A stretch of 64,000 bases of DNA. Origin: Vicugna vicugna. Taxonomy: Eukaryota. Positions 51,178 to 63,814 of the stretch are shown piece after piece. The position numbers were made by a program, and so were the translations under genes. The stretch is from positions 684,001-748,000 of the forward strand of contig MU058065.1 in assembly GCA_013265495.1 (NCBI GenBank), given 5' to 3'. The first letter of the stretch is position 1. Each line of letters begins with the position of its first letter. Under the pieces are notes generated by a model. That model was not told the origin of the DNA and made no database searches. It was given only the letters and a program-made list of their open reading frames with translations.

Positions 51178-52439
51178 ACCTCATCTGGAATTCATAGTAC
51201 AATCCAATCATTTAAACTGGCTTTTAAGATACTAAGCTTCCACTAGCATTACTCGGAATCAACTAAATTCACCTTCTTCCTCCACCTCTAGCAGAAAAAA
51301 AAGTGTTTTTTTGTTTTTGTTTTTGTTTGTGTGTGTGTTTTAATCTGCAATGTGTTCTTTGTTTCAGGAAGCAATAATGACCTTCATCCATCCAGGCCCA
51401 GGTAAGGTATCCATACACAGCTGCTGTCCGTTCACTCCGTACTCTGGTGGAAGCAGCTAGCAGGCATCCTGGCCAGGCTTTGAGCTATTTGAGATTCCTG
51501 TCCATTACAAACAGGAACCGAGGATTGCTAGCACTTGCTAAACACTAAGGCATCCTTCTTCCAACCATGCTGCCGGACAGGGTTACTTTAATACAGCAGT
51601 GTCCTAAACAAGTATGGGGCAGCTCTCAAGAGAATCGCCTCCCAGCGCCCAAACCACGAAAAGAAGAAAAACCATAGTGAGCTTGGAATCTCCCCTCTGC
51701 AAATCTGCCCCCAACTTGTCTGGATTTGTTCTTATCAAGCAACTAGAGGATGGGTGGGGGTAGGAGGGACCCTCCTGCTTCTTTTATCATCTTCCTTCTT
51801 TCTCCCAACCCCAGGGGCTGGAAAGAATGGTCTTCCCCTCGTTGCTCTTCCTGTCTGGAACTCCCTTAAGTAAACTCCACGGTCTAGTTAGCTAAAGTCT
51901 GACAGCATCTTTCATCCAAACCTGCCCTGTGAATCCATTTTCCTACTCAGTCTCTTACCCACTCTTTCAGATTCTCAGGTGATGATCCACACAGTGACTC
52001 TGGGAAGCATTGGTCATTAGGAAATACTAATCAAAACCATAACAAAAACATTTACATTTTAAATATATAATTCACTCACAATATATCATTTTCTCAATCA
52101 ATTATCAGCAGTACCTTGGCAATCAGACGTAGCTTAATAATTGCCCCTGAAGTATAAGTGTTGCCGTAAAATATTTTCAAGGCCCAAGAGTCATCATAGC
52201 ATTTTGAACTTACATACCCAAGGATGCTTGAATGACACAAGACGTACTGATTTATGCTTTGGGTTTGTCAGCAGGCAGGAGTTTGACCACATAAATTCAG
52301 TCATTTGTTAATGAAATTGTTAATGAAAATAACTTAAAAATGGCAAATAGTTGTCATAAGGGGTTTTCAGTATAATTCAACAATCATTTAATTCTCAAAC
52401 TATTACAGACAAGGGTTGTATTTAAAAGTGCCTTTCAGA

Positions 52440-52479
52440 GCATGCGCACATGCATGCGCGCGCGCGCGCGCACACGCAC
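52440..52479. repeat. 40-nt perfectly alternating purine/pyrimidine tract containing 7 consecutive CpGs
   Basis: gcatgcgcacatgcatgcgcgcgcgcgcgcgcacacgcac read directly. Confidence 0.95.
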
Positions 52480-53799
52480 TCCACAGCCATGAAAGCAAAA
52501 CAGGTTTTCTAGGACTTGCCAGTATATTGTAGATCTGCACAGTATAAATGAAGATCATTTGGGCTGCTCTGTGTGTGTGCTTAGAACTTCCGATGCATTT
52601 TTTTCCCCGTTTTTTCTGACAAAAGCCTTGCACAACAAAAAAAAATCATGGCTTCTGATTCGTCTCTGTTTTTCTCTACCAGGATATGTTCAGATAACAC
52701 AGTGGTAATTCTGTAGTTGCACTTACAGGAAGAAATGTTCTCCCTCTCACCTCTCCTCCCTTAACTTCTAGCACTTTCTGATACGATTCAAGCTATCCTT
52801 TGAAAAAAACCTCCGCACTTCTTACAGAGACCAGCCTTGGCCAGTGAAACCTGATGGATTCCCCTCAGGGGCTGAGGTTCTTTCAGTTAGCAAAATAGAA
52901 CCTAAACTGAAAATCCTGTGCTAGTAAGCAAAGATGCCGCCGTCATTTTAGTATTCAGGATGCAAAGTAAATATGTTCTTAAGCACACATGTCCTTCCAC
53001 ACAGGCTTCTAGAGTCATGCCCCGCTACGGCTGCCAGGACCTGAAATATCATTTCTTTCCTCTCGAGAGACCTGGGGGACCAGGGAGGGAGAGCTGGGCC
53101 TCTCACTGAACATGCGGCTCAGCCTTGTTATTCAAGCACAGGCACTGTAAGAATGTGGTATGTTGGCTGAAACCATTTGTTTGCTTAATATCTCAGAGTT
53201 CAATGAGGTCATTTTGTCATCTTCCCTGTGTTTTCTGTATTTTCCAAAGAATTGCCAGCTTCCAACAACACCCTCTTTCTTCCCGTTGGAAATGGAAACA
53301 CGTCCTCCGCAGGAATTTTCCACTTAGCAGAGCCAGTTTCCCTCGCTGGGGCCTCAACACACCAGCCTGAGATGCTGTATTTCTTTCCACGGCAGTTTGA
53401 CATTTTCGAGCCACCACAATGCGTTGTATTCAGTCATTCTAAGTCTTCCCCTTTCTACATCATCTTTTTTTTTTTAATAATGCATACTTTCGAGCAATTT
53501 CAGGAAGAGCGCAAAGGCTTTTAAGCAACATTAAGTTTAATTAGTTATGTCACTGTCACACAATCAGGATGCTTTGGAGTCCTGCCCCACCTCCCCCATA
53601 ATTTCCCCATTTCCCAGCCCCCTTCCCTCGCCTTCTGGTAAACACATTAAGGACAAACCTCATGGTCCATATACTCTGCTTGTAATTGTTTGCTTTTGCA
53701 AATTATTTCCTTTGAATAATATTTACAAACTATATATCACTGCCTGACACGATGATAAGGGGGGATACAGATTGCTTATAATCTCAGCTGTAAACAAGG

Positions 53800-54350
53800 G
53801 ACGGGAACACGCGCTGGAAAATGTGTTCAATGCCCTGTCTGGAAGCAGCCGCCTTTGCAAATGCTCACAGCTGAGTGGGAGCTGGGTCGCAGCCTCCGCG
53901 ACACTGCAGCCTGAGACCCGAACGCCGACAAGCCTGGGAGGGGAGGCCGCAGGGCCATCCCAAGTCCCCGGCGGGGGAAGGGAAAGGGAGGAATTTGGGG
54001 GGTCAGAGAAAGGCCGCATCCAGAGGAAAACAATGCATGCCTTCCAGAAAGCAAAAGGCAGCGCACGCGAACACAGATGCCGGCCGGATCCGCTCCCCGC
54101 GGCCGGCGGCGGGGCGGGGGCGGAGGGGGAATTGTTAAAGCGGGGAGGGGGGGCCTCAGGGAAAAAAAAAAAAAAGAAGAAGAAAAAGAAGAAATAGATT
54201 GATGCTTTGCAGGACACCTAGGGTATTTCTTTCAGGGAGTATTACTTCCACTTTTAGGCAGGAACAAGAGCTGGGAGGAAAACAGCGGCACGGGCTGACA
54301 GCTCGGAGGTGATCAAAGGAGGGAGCATGAATGGCTTGCTCTGCCAGCCA
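53800..54350. promoter_or_regulatory. CpG-island-like, promoter- or enhancer-like element
   Basis: Only strongly GC- and CpG-rich segment of the window; GGGGCGGGG/GGGCGG Sp/KLF boxes at ~54111-54123; no repeat similarity recognised; CpGs stay elevated from about 52.9 to 54.8 kb. Confidence 0.7.
54162..54194. repeat. Poly(A)/(GAA) purine tract
   Basis: aaaaaaaaaaaaaagaagaagaaaaagaagaaa read directly. Confidence 0.9.
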
Positions 54351-55339
54351 TTTATTAAAAAAGAGAGGGTGCTCCCGGGCCTCTCGAGGCGGGAGAGCAG
54401 GGATTAGGATCTAATAGAGAGAAATCGGCCTCACTTCCTTTATTCAGGAGGGAAAAATGCATACCAAAGACAAAATAGACATCTCTCTCTCTCTCCTCGC
54501 ACACCAAACGAAGGAAATTCCACCCTTTCTTTCCAAATGTTGCCACCGCTGTCTTGTATGATCACAGGATGGGTTGTCCATTGGAGGACATTTTTATGCG
54601 GAGACGCCCCCCTTTGGGGGAAGGTAGCGAGCTTTATGTGAGTCTAATTAACCTCGGAAATAAAAGTTTAAAGCACTCCTGGGATTTGCGTGGAACTTCC
54701 CTTTCCGTGGATAACAGGGCCAAGTGTTCAAATGCACTTCCCTGATGCAAGCGCTCTCCTGTTGTAAAAATGACCATCCCCGGCAGCTTAGGGGCGGTTG
54801 CAGAGGTTTCTAAGATGGAAAGGACCACAGATGCTTTATTAACATTAACGTGGGTATGATCCCAGGAGGATGAGAATGGTAGGCATTTGATAAAGTGCAC
54901 TCTCTTCAGTTAGAGAAACATTTGATCTTTATACCTAGAGATGCAACGAAGCTATGGGCTGGAATGAAATGGGAAATGCCTTCTTATATGATGAAGATTT
55001 TATTTCGCCTGAGAATCAATTACACACACACTCAAACTTATAGCAACGTTTATCAGCTAAAGCTTTGGGGGATGGGAGGAATTGAACAAGGAAACCAATT
55101 TTTACCCAAATTCACACTTAGAGATATCCACACTCTACATCCTTTATTTAATCATAAAGTAGTTATGTTTTAATGTATTTTTTATAATATAGTACTAGTA
55201 TTCAGTCCAAGATTCGTGTAGCAGGTCAGTTCAGTATTTTTTTTCTTAGTATTAGAACAGTGATAGTCAAGGTGTGCTTTGTTTTTCCTTTAAGAGTTCT
55301 TTAACTTGACCGTTTTTCTCCAATATTAGGAAAAATTTG

Positions 55340-56310
55340 ATATATATTGTTTATTTTTTCAATTATACAGGAATATGCTTTTATTGGAAAAGATTTATAC
55401 AATCCAGCGCTATACAGATTAAACAATGAAAATTTTCCATGAACTCTGACTTTGGCAAGTTATTTCCTTCCCCAGAAGTAGCCACTGTTATGCTATATCC
55501 ATCCAGACCTTGTAAATTATTTTTTCATGCATGTATACATACATACAACTGTATACATTTTTAGAATAATACCTTCAATTATACTATATGTATTGTTAAG
55601 TGAATTGAATTTTTTATTTTAATATACCAAAGAAGGAGATCTTTCATTCTTAGGATCTATATATCTACCTCACTCATTGAACTACTGGATTTCTCATGGT
55701 TTATTGTATTATTACTCTATTGATACATTTCCAGTTTTTTAGTATTGTAAATAATGCTGAAATTGACATTCTCAGAATCTTTGATCATACATGCTAGGAC
55801 TTTTGTAGGCTAGGCTATACTGGAATTGCCAGGCAATAAATATCTAAATTTATAGATATTACCATGTTATTCTCAAAAAAGGGCATAAACAATGTATATT
55901 TCCACATGTTGTATACCACTAGACCACCATTTTCACACACTCTCAATCACTGTTTATCAACATTTAAAAAAAAAAAGGTTTTGTCAGAATCCTAAACAAA
56001 AATAATGTCACATTGATTCCTCACACGCTGTTTTTGGCTACCAAGGTAGAACAAATCTTACCTACATTGGCCATCTGTATTGTTTCCTGTGACTTGTCTG
56101 TTCCTTTGTAATCCTTCTTTGGATTTTTTTTTTCATGATTCCTAGAAATTCTTTATAATGAGAGCCTTTGTTTCTTTTATGCAATGTAAATGTTTCTCCC
56201 AGACTTTAGTTTACCATTTAACTTCACTTATGGGGACTTCATCATAGAGATGTTTCAAGTCTTCTGTAGCCAAATCTGTCACCATTTCTTTTATGGAATC
56301 CAAGTGATGT
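55340..56310 (-). mobile_element. Highly degraded L1ME-like 3' region
   Basis: 'ttccagttttttagtattgtaaataatgctg', 'attggccatctgtat' and T-rich composition. Confidence 0.6.
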
Positions 56311-57189
56311 CCTAATTAAAATTGAATAAAGAACATATATCTATATTTTGCACTTTAGATGGCAAAGTAACTCTCTAAAATTGCTTCCATGTCTTTAGGA
56401 CCATTCTAGATTGAAATAAATGGACCCTGTATCACCAAATCAATAGGGCCCTACATTCATTGTTCTCTTTACCAAAGCACTGTGTATACCTTCCAGTGTA
56501 CTCAAACTAAAATCTTGCCAACAGATGGGCCCACAGAGCTCTGTGGCATGAATGGAGGGTAAGAAAAAGCATCAGAATAATGGATTATTAAATAAAAGTC
56601 ATCAGGCCTCATTAGGTTTTCGAGAAAGTTAATATACTCGAGACTGGTTTTCTCAGAGAATTCTATGAATAAGCCATTTACTTTGGTGAATAAATGATAG
56701 TGTCATCTTTCTCCTGACATAGTATACTTCTTCTCTACAAAACTGGGGGAGAAAAGGTTTCCTTTGATGGAACAGGTTAGTGTTAACAATATGACTTCCC
56801 ACCTACCCAGCCTATGACAGAGATTGAACAATGTAGTATTCACTGGGGGAATGCCGATAAAAAGTGAAGACTTCGGGCATCATCCCAGATTGTTATTCAA
56901 GCTAACAATCTGGGAGACTGGGGCTCAGAGATTTATATTTTGGGGTCCTTGCCAAAGTGATTTTGATGTTCACAGAGTAGCTCTGGGACCCAGCTTCTCC
57001 CATTTATCCAGAGAATGTAGAATTTTTTGGTTTCTCACTTCCATAATTGTCTGTTATTTTCTAAATTTTGTTTCTCCCTATCTTAATTTATTCCAAACAT
57101 TTTTTTGCCAGATTTAGTCATATCACCAATACCTGAAAATCAGCATTGGAATATCCCCATTCTTTGTCATGAATTATATGACCATGGTT

Positions 57190-57630
57190 TGACCTCAGCC
57201 TACCTTTACTGAACCACCATCCACTCTGACCTCCTTTTCCTCCTCTGATTTCTCAGCCCCACCTTACAGCTCAAGACCTCCATTCTATTTTCCTGTTGAA
57301 GAAACTGTAATTTTTTTCCCCCCACTGACTAAAATGCCCTTCTTTTCACATGTCTTCTTGCTCTTTAAGATCATCTCAAGGCTCCTTCCTTTGTGAATTT
57401 CTTCCTCTTTTTTTTCATCTTTGTTAACCCTTCCCTCCTGAACAGTCTAACATGTTGTTATCTTCCATTATATTATTATGATCATAGTCTCTATTATTGA
57501 TTACAGTGTTGTCTCCCACCACTAGATTGAAAACACCCTAAAAACAAGACCACTTCTTATTGACTCTTTGGGTCACAGTACCAAATGGTGTACCTTGCAC
57601 ACAGTGGACACTCAAAACATGTTTGATGAA
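57190..57630 (+). mobile_element. L2 3' fragment
   Basis: Pyrimidine-rich; ends 'gtctcccaccactagattgaaa...ccttgcacacagtggacactcaaaacatgtttgatgaa'. Confidence 0.7.
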
Positions 57631-57844
57631 CAGGTAACCTGGATGTATCTAGACATCCTATCTAAATGGTAGCAAAGTTTATGCTTAGTAGCTTTTGGCC
57701 ACCATTATAGGGTAAATTTAGAAATTAACTTTTAAAATAGTTAAAGCCATTTTTTGATTCCATTTGGGTCAAGCAACATTAAATCAGACTTACCAAACTA
57801 TTGGCAAGCATACTGCTAGGCGACCTGTATGTATGTGACCTATA

Positions 57845-57876
57845 TACATACATACATACATACATACATACATACA
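57845..57876. repeat. (TACA)8 microsatellite
   Basis: Read directly. Confidence 0.92.
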
Positions 57877-58727
57877 AAATTCATATAGTACTCTAAAGAA
57901 TTACATAGACAAAATAATGGAATAAATCACTTCTATTAAACTTGCTCTTTTGTCATGTTTAACATTATAACGTGGAAATAATTCACTCCATACTACTTTA
58001 TTGGATAAAATTTTATTTACAATGTAAAAGGATTTGAGGGGATTAGCATCCATTCCTTTATTCAGGAAGTGAAAATTCAGGTTGCAAGAGTATAAATTCA
58101 CTTTTTTAGTGTTAAATTTGATTGATATGAAATTCTAGAATAAACAGCAATATTCCAAGTTCCATAAATAAGTGCTGAAGTTGGAACCAAAGGACATGGA
58201 TTGAGTCCCTGATTGATTGTTTATGAAATTGGAATAGCAGAGAGACCTTTTCTCTCTCAGTTGGAATCACCTGATTTATAAAATGGCATGTTTTTCCAAT
58301 GCACAACTTAATTTTTTTATTAAATGAGGTAGTGTATGCAAATTTGCATCTTAAACGACAAACAACAATGTCAATATGAATCATCTATTCCAGTTTAAGT
58401 CAGAAACTAAAGTCAAGGGTGAGGATGAGGCAAACACAAACATCATATACCCCACCCTTCCCAGCTCTAGCTGACAAATCAGTCCTTTCCTATAGCACTG
58501 ATAGTAATAAAGATGCTCTTTGGCAATTTGGAGAACATACCATCTAGCGCAAGAGTTAGAAGTCCTCCCATGGACGTCATGAGGAACAACAACAGAAGGT
58601 TGTCGATTTTGGTAGAACAAATTAAGGATCTACAGGTCCCAATGCAGTCAAAGAGCAGGTGTCCTAAAGCAGAGGGCACCTGGAGATCATAGATGATAAA
58701 GTCAAAAAATGGAGAGTTTTAGGCCAG

Positions 58728-58895
58728 AGTTTCTTTTCTCAAATTTCAATGTGTGTATCAAGCACATCAGGATCTTTCTAAAATTTGTGTTCTACGTCAA
58801 CAGCACTGCAGGAGCTTGAGTTTCTGAACTTCTACAGAGCTCCCAGATCATGCCAATGTTGCTGGTCTGTGGACCACACTTTCTGAGTATGAAGA
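58728..58895. mobile_element. MER5-like hAT-Charlie MITE
   Basis: 'ttctcaaatttcaatgtg...gctcccagatcatgccaatgttgctggtctgtggaccacacttt'. Confidence 0.7.
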
Positions 58896-59776
58896 GACTA
58901 GGGTATTTCACAAGTTGTGCATATGAATGTGAAGTCACCCTCGATGGTGCCAAGATGAAGAGTATAGATTAATATCATGAGGCAGGTGCCAGCATCTTTG
59001 AAAAATATGAGACAGTGACAAGGGCATCACTGGTTGGTGAAAGGAGAAAGACTAGAAGATAAAATATCCAGTTATATGAGTTTCAAAGGAGTGCAGAAGG
59101 AAAGCTCTGAGAGTGAGGATGGAGGAGGATGTTAATCCATCTGACTTAATATGTGCTGGCTGGGTGAAGGAAAATAAGTGGTTGTCACTGGAGAAGAAAG
59201 CCATAGCCTAGAGTTGGGTCAGATTTCAGTTAAACCTGGGAAGAAGACAGAGTATTTTGTGAGAAGTCCTGAGGATATTGGGAAGTTTGAGGGGGGAAGG
59301 TAGGGGCAGTGATAGCTGGGTCTTGGAAGGAGAAGCACACAATAACATGTTGATGAAAGTATAGAAGAAGATAGAGAACATAGAAGTTTACCCCTCAGGA
59401 AGTTACCTACAAGGCCAGCATAGTGGTTACTGTGGTGTGTCTCCCAGATGTACTCCACCTCTCAGGACTTAGGCCTTCATTCTTTCTCCTGCTGGGGTTT
59501 TTGGAAGCTGACTTCTCTCAGGTGAGTGCTCTTCCAAGCATTTCCTCAGTTGATGAGAGCCATCTTGCCCTAGGTCACCCTACCTTTCTGGGGGCAGTTC
59601 ATTTTCAATGGCTGGTTGATACATGTGTATGTGTTTGAGATTGTGTGCATGGAAGAGGAGGGAGGAGGAAAGGACTGAATGAAAAGACCCTATTCCTCCC
59701 CAAAGTTTTCCTGAAACTGATTTATTCTTTTTACTAAAAAAGATAACATAATGCTACTAATATTGGATAAACTTCT

Positions 59777-59994
59777 TTTGCTTATTGAGGTATAGTTGGT
59801 GTACGATATTATGTAAGTTTCAGATGTACAACATAGTGTTTCACAATTTTTAAAAGTTATGTTTCATTTATAGTTAGTATAAAATATTGGCTATTTTCTC
59901 TGTTTTGTACTGTGCATCCTTGGAGCTTATTTATTTCATACATAGCAGTTTGTAATTCTTAATCCCCTCCCCCTTCTGTTGCCCCTCCCCCTCT
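59777..59994 (-). mobile_element. Short 5'-truncated LINE-1 3' end
   Basis: Antisense match to the 3' UTR at 20230-20415; 11-bp TSD gataaacttct at 59766-59776 and 59995-60005. Confidence 0.92.
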
Positions 59995-60389
59995 GATAAA
60001 CTTCTGAGTTCACCATATTATATCAGGTGGTCTGTCTCAGGTGAATAGTTTCTATTGCAAGGTAAAAGTTAAGATATCTCAAATTAAGTGTAGACAAGAA
60101 AATCAATCCAAGCCCAAAATATATATGCTTTTTAAATAGAAATTTCACTTAAAATTTAAATTTACTTAAGTAACTATTATTACAACTGTATAGCATATAT
60201 AATAAAATTTATGTAACATGTATATTGTAATGTATATTATATATACATATATAATATTTTATATATATTATATACATATATCTCCCAGGGTGAAAGTTGT
60301 AATACATACACATAGGGACAGTTCATATCTGACTTTTCCATTATATCTATCTCCAAGGATTTATTTGCAAAAGCATATATTTTTTTCTA

Positions 60390-62757
60390 TAGGCATACCT
60401 CAGAGATGTTGCAGGTTCAGACCACCACAGTGAAGTGAATATCACCATAAAGTGAGTTGCGTGATGTTTTTTCGTCATGCATGTAAAATTTCTGTTTACA
60501 CTATTTTGTAGTCTATTAAATGTGAAATAGCATATGTGTAAGAAATGTTTATTTCTTAATTAAAAAATGATTCATTGCTAAAAAATGCTAACCATCATTT
60601 GAGCCTTCAGCAACTCACACTCTTTATGCTGCTGAAAGATTTTGCCTCTGTGTTGATGGCTGCTGACCGATTAGGGCGGTGGTTGCTGATGGTTGGGATG
60701 GCTGTGGCAATTTCTTAAAACAAGAGGAAATAAAGTTCGCCCCACTGATCGACCCTTTTACGAATGATTTCTCTGTAGCATGCAATGCTGTTTGCAGCAC
60801 TTTATCTGCAGCAGAATTTGTTTCAAAATTAGAGTCAATCTTCTCAAACCCTATTTCTGGTCTATCAACTAAGTTTATGTAATATTCTAAATCTTTTGTT
60901 GTCATTTCAATCATCTTCACAGCATCTTCACCTGGGGTGGTTTCCATTTCAAGTAACTACTTTCTTTGCTCATTCGTAAGAACTAACTTTTCATCCATTA
61001 AAATTTTATCTTGAGATTGAAACAATTTAGTCACATCTGTAGGCTTCACTTTCTGATTCTAGCTGTCTTGCTATTTCTACTACATCTTCCACCACTGAAG
61101 TCGAACCCATTCATAAGGGGTGGAATTTTCTTACTCCAAACTCCTGTTAAGGTTTATTTTCTGATCTCTTCCCATGGATCACAAATGTTCTTACAAGTTT
61201 CTATATTGGTGGATCCTTTCCAGGAGGTTTTCAATTAACTTTTCCCAGACCCATCAGAGGAACCACTGGCTATAGCAGATACAGTTTTACAAAATGTACA
61301 ATAAAGAATAAGACTTGAAAGTTGAAATTACTCCTTGATCCAAGGGCTGCAGAATGGAAGTTGTGTCATCAGGCATAAACACAATACCATTCTCATTGCA
61401 GATTTTCATCATAACTCATGAGTGACCAGGTGTATTGTCAATAAGCAGTAATATTTTGAAGGAAATTTTTTTTTCTTGAGCAGTAGGTCTTATTAGTGGG
61501 CTTAAAATATTTAGTAAACCATGTCACAAACAGATGTGTTTTGTTGTTCCATTTACAGAGCACAGGGATACAAGATTTAGCATAATTTTTAAGAGCCCTA
61601 AGATTTTTGGAATGGTAAGTGAGGATTGGATTTAACTGAAAGGCACTAGCTGCATTAGTCCTTAACTGAAGAGTTATCTTGTCCTTTGGAGCTTTGAAGC
61701 CTGTCATTGACTTCTCCTCTTTAGCTATGAAAGTCCTAGATGATCTCTTTCTCCAATAGAAGGCTGTTTCATCTACACGGAAAAATCTGTTGTTTAGTAC
61801 AGCCACCTTTATTAGTTATTTTAGCTTGATCTTCTAGATAACTTGCTGCAACGTCTACATCAGCACCTGTTCCTTCACGTTGCACTTTTATGTTACGGAG
61901 ACACAGCTTCTTTCCTTAAACCTCATAAACTAGCTTTTGCTACATTCAAATTTTTCTTCTGCAATTTCCTCACCTCTCTCAGTCTTCATAGAACTGAAAA
62001 GAGTTAGGGCTTTGCTCTGTATTAGGCTTTGGCTTAAGGGAATGTGGTGGCTGGTTTGATCTCCTCGCCAGACCACTCGGAGTTTCTTTACATCAGCAGT
62101 AAGGTTCTTTCACTTTCTTATCATTCGTGTGCTCACTGGAGCAGTACTTTGAATTTCCTTCAAGAACTTTTCCTTTGCATTTACAACATGGCTAACTGTT
62201 TGGCACAAGAAGTTTAGCTTTTGTCCTATCCTGATTTTGATATTCTTTCTGATTAAGCTTAATCATTCCTAGCTTCTGACTTAAAATGAGAGATATGGAC
62301 TCTTCTCTTCACTCGAACACTTAAGAGGCCATGGTAGAATTATTAATTGGCTTAATTTAAATACTGATTTTTCTCGAAGAATAGAGAAGTCTGAGGACAG
62401 GAGAGAGATGGGGAGTCAGTCAGTCAATGGAACAGTCCGAACACACACAACATTTATCAATTAAGTTTGCTGCCTTATTTGAGCACAGTTTATGGTGCCC
62501 TAAAACAATTACAAAATATCAAAGGTCCCCAAACATGAAAAACCACTGATCACAGATCATATAACAAATACAATCATAATAATAAAATGTTGCAAGAATT
62601 ACCAAAATGCAACCCAAAGACATGAGGTGAGCAAATGCTGGTGGAAAGTGGCACAAATGGATTATTCAAAGCTGAGTTGCCATAAATCTTAAATTAAAAA
62701 AAAAAAAGCCCAATCTCTGTGAAGCACAATGAAGTGTGATAAAATGAGGTGTGCCTA
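60390..62757 (-). mobile_element. Near full-length Tigger1 DNA transposon (TcMar/pogo)
   Basis: Terminal inverted repeats taggcatacctc / gaggtgtgccta, each flanked by TA; about 2.37 kb; internal transposase remnants. Confidence 0.95.
60624..61806 (-). pseudogene. Disrupted Tigger1 (pogo/CENP-B-like DDE) transposase, DDE and C-terminal parts
   Basis: ORF pieces [10 protein letters not shown]...[23 protein letters not shown]...[14 protein letters not shown] (61438-61806) and METTPGEDAVKMIEMTTKDLEYYINLVD (60624-60947), separated by stops and frameshifts. Confidence 0.9.
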
Positions 62758-63814
62758 TACATTAAATTTATGCAGCACAAGCATATTCAGATAAACTAAT
62801 TTGAGTGTAGATTTATATCACTGGTCCCAAAACATTCATTATTTTATCAATATTTAAAAGGCAAGTGGAGTGATATTTCATAGTGTTCTTTCATAATACA
62901 ATGCCTCTTTGAATGGACAATGTTGCTAAACGTCAGTTTTAACCCAACACAAACCGCCATATCAGGAGTAATTTAGGTTACTACTTCTACTCCTAGAGCA
63001 GGAGAGAAGCATCATCTGTTGCTACCTACAAAGTGTTGTGTTTTCTTTGCAGAATTAACCGATTTTGTTCAGTGGGTTTAACTTTTCCTTGCTGTTCATC
63101 CTTTCAAAATATGGATCCGTATGCCATTTGAACAGGTATAATGCAATTACTATTTGAGGAAACAAACCTTTGAAATCTATACATTTTACCTGGGGAACAG
63201 AAGTCATAGACAAACACACTGGAGTTACATAAACTTTTTTCCAGAGGGCATGATGGTAAAATCTTGACGATGCTGTATGTAGATGATGCTGATGTTCTGT
63301 TGGCTTCTAACTCCATCTTTGCTCTAATTCCAGGTCTTATCCATGGTTGCTTATCATCTCAGATCTACCTATGTGGATGAATGTTGGCATCACATGAGTC
63401 AGAGAAGTATAATGAGCTGCCTATTTACTTCCTGATTACAAATTTTAAAATGACAGAGAGTCAAAGCATGTAAGGCTATCTCATTTTCCAATGGCAATTC
63501 TCATCTCATGTTGGCCCCATAGTCCCTCATAATGTTGGGTCTGTGAGCAGTTTGAGCACACTCCACAACGTGTGCAGTGCTTCCTCAGGCACCACAGAGA
63601 CTGCTAGAGGATAAAATACACATCCTGCCCTCAAAGGACTCATAATCTGTTGAAAAGATGAATAAAGCCCATGACCACTTAGGAACTAGGCAATGGTTTA
63701 GAGCTTCTTAAGAAGGGTTGCCTACAAAGAGACAGGGCATAGAGGATGGGTAGGCTCTGACTGCGGGGGAAAAGTGAAAAGAGAAGACAAGATGCACCAC
63801 CCATCAGAAGTGCT

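Noticed and set aside
53723..54217. Overlapping 141-164 aa ORFs on both strands
   Set aside because: Expected from stop-poor GC-rich DNA; poly-F and poly-K come from the A-tract; no protein similarity recognised
60624..61806. Domesticated TIGD1-like gene
   Set aside because: ORF is fragmented and lies between intact transposon TIRs
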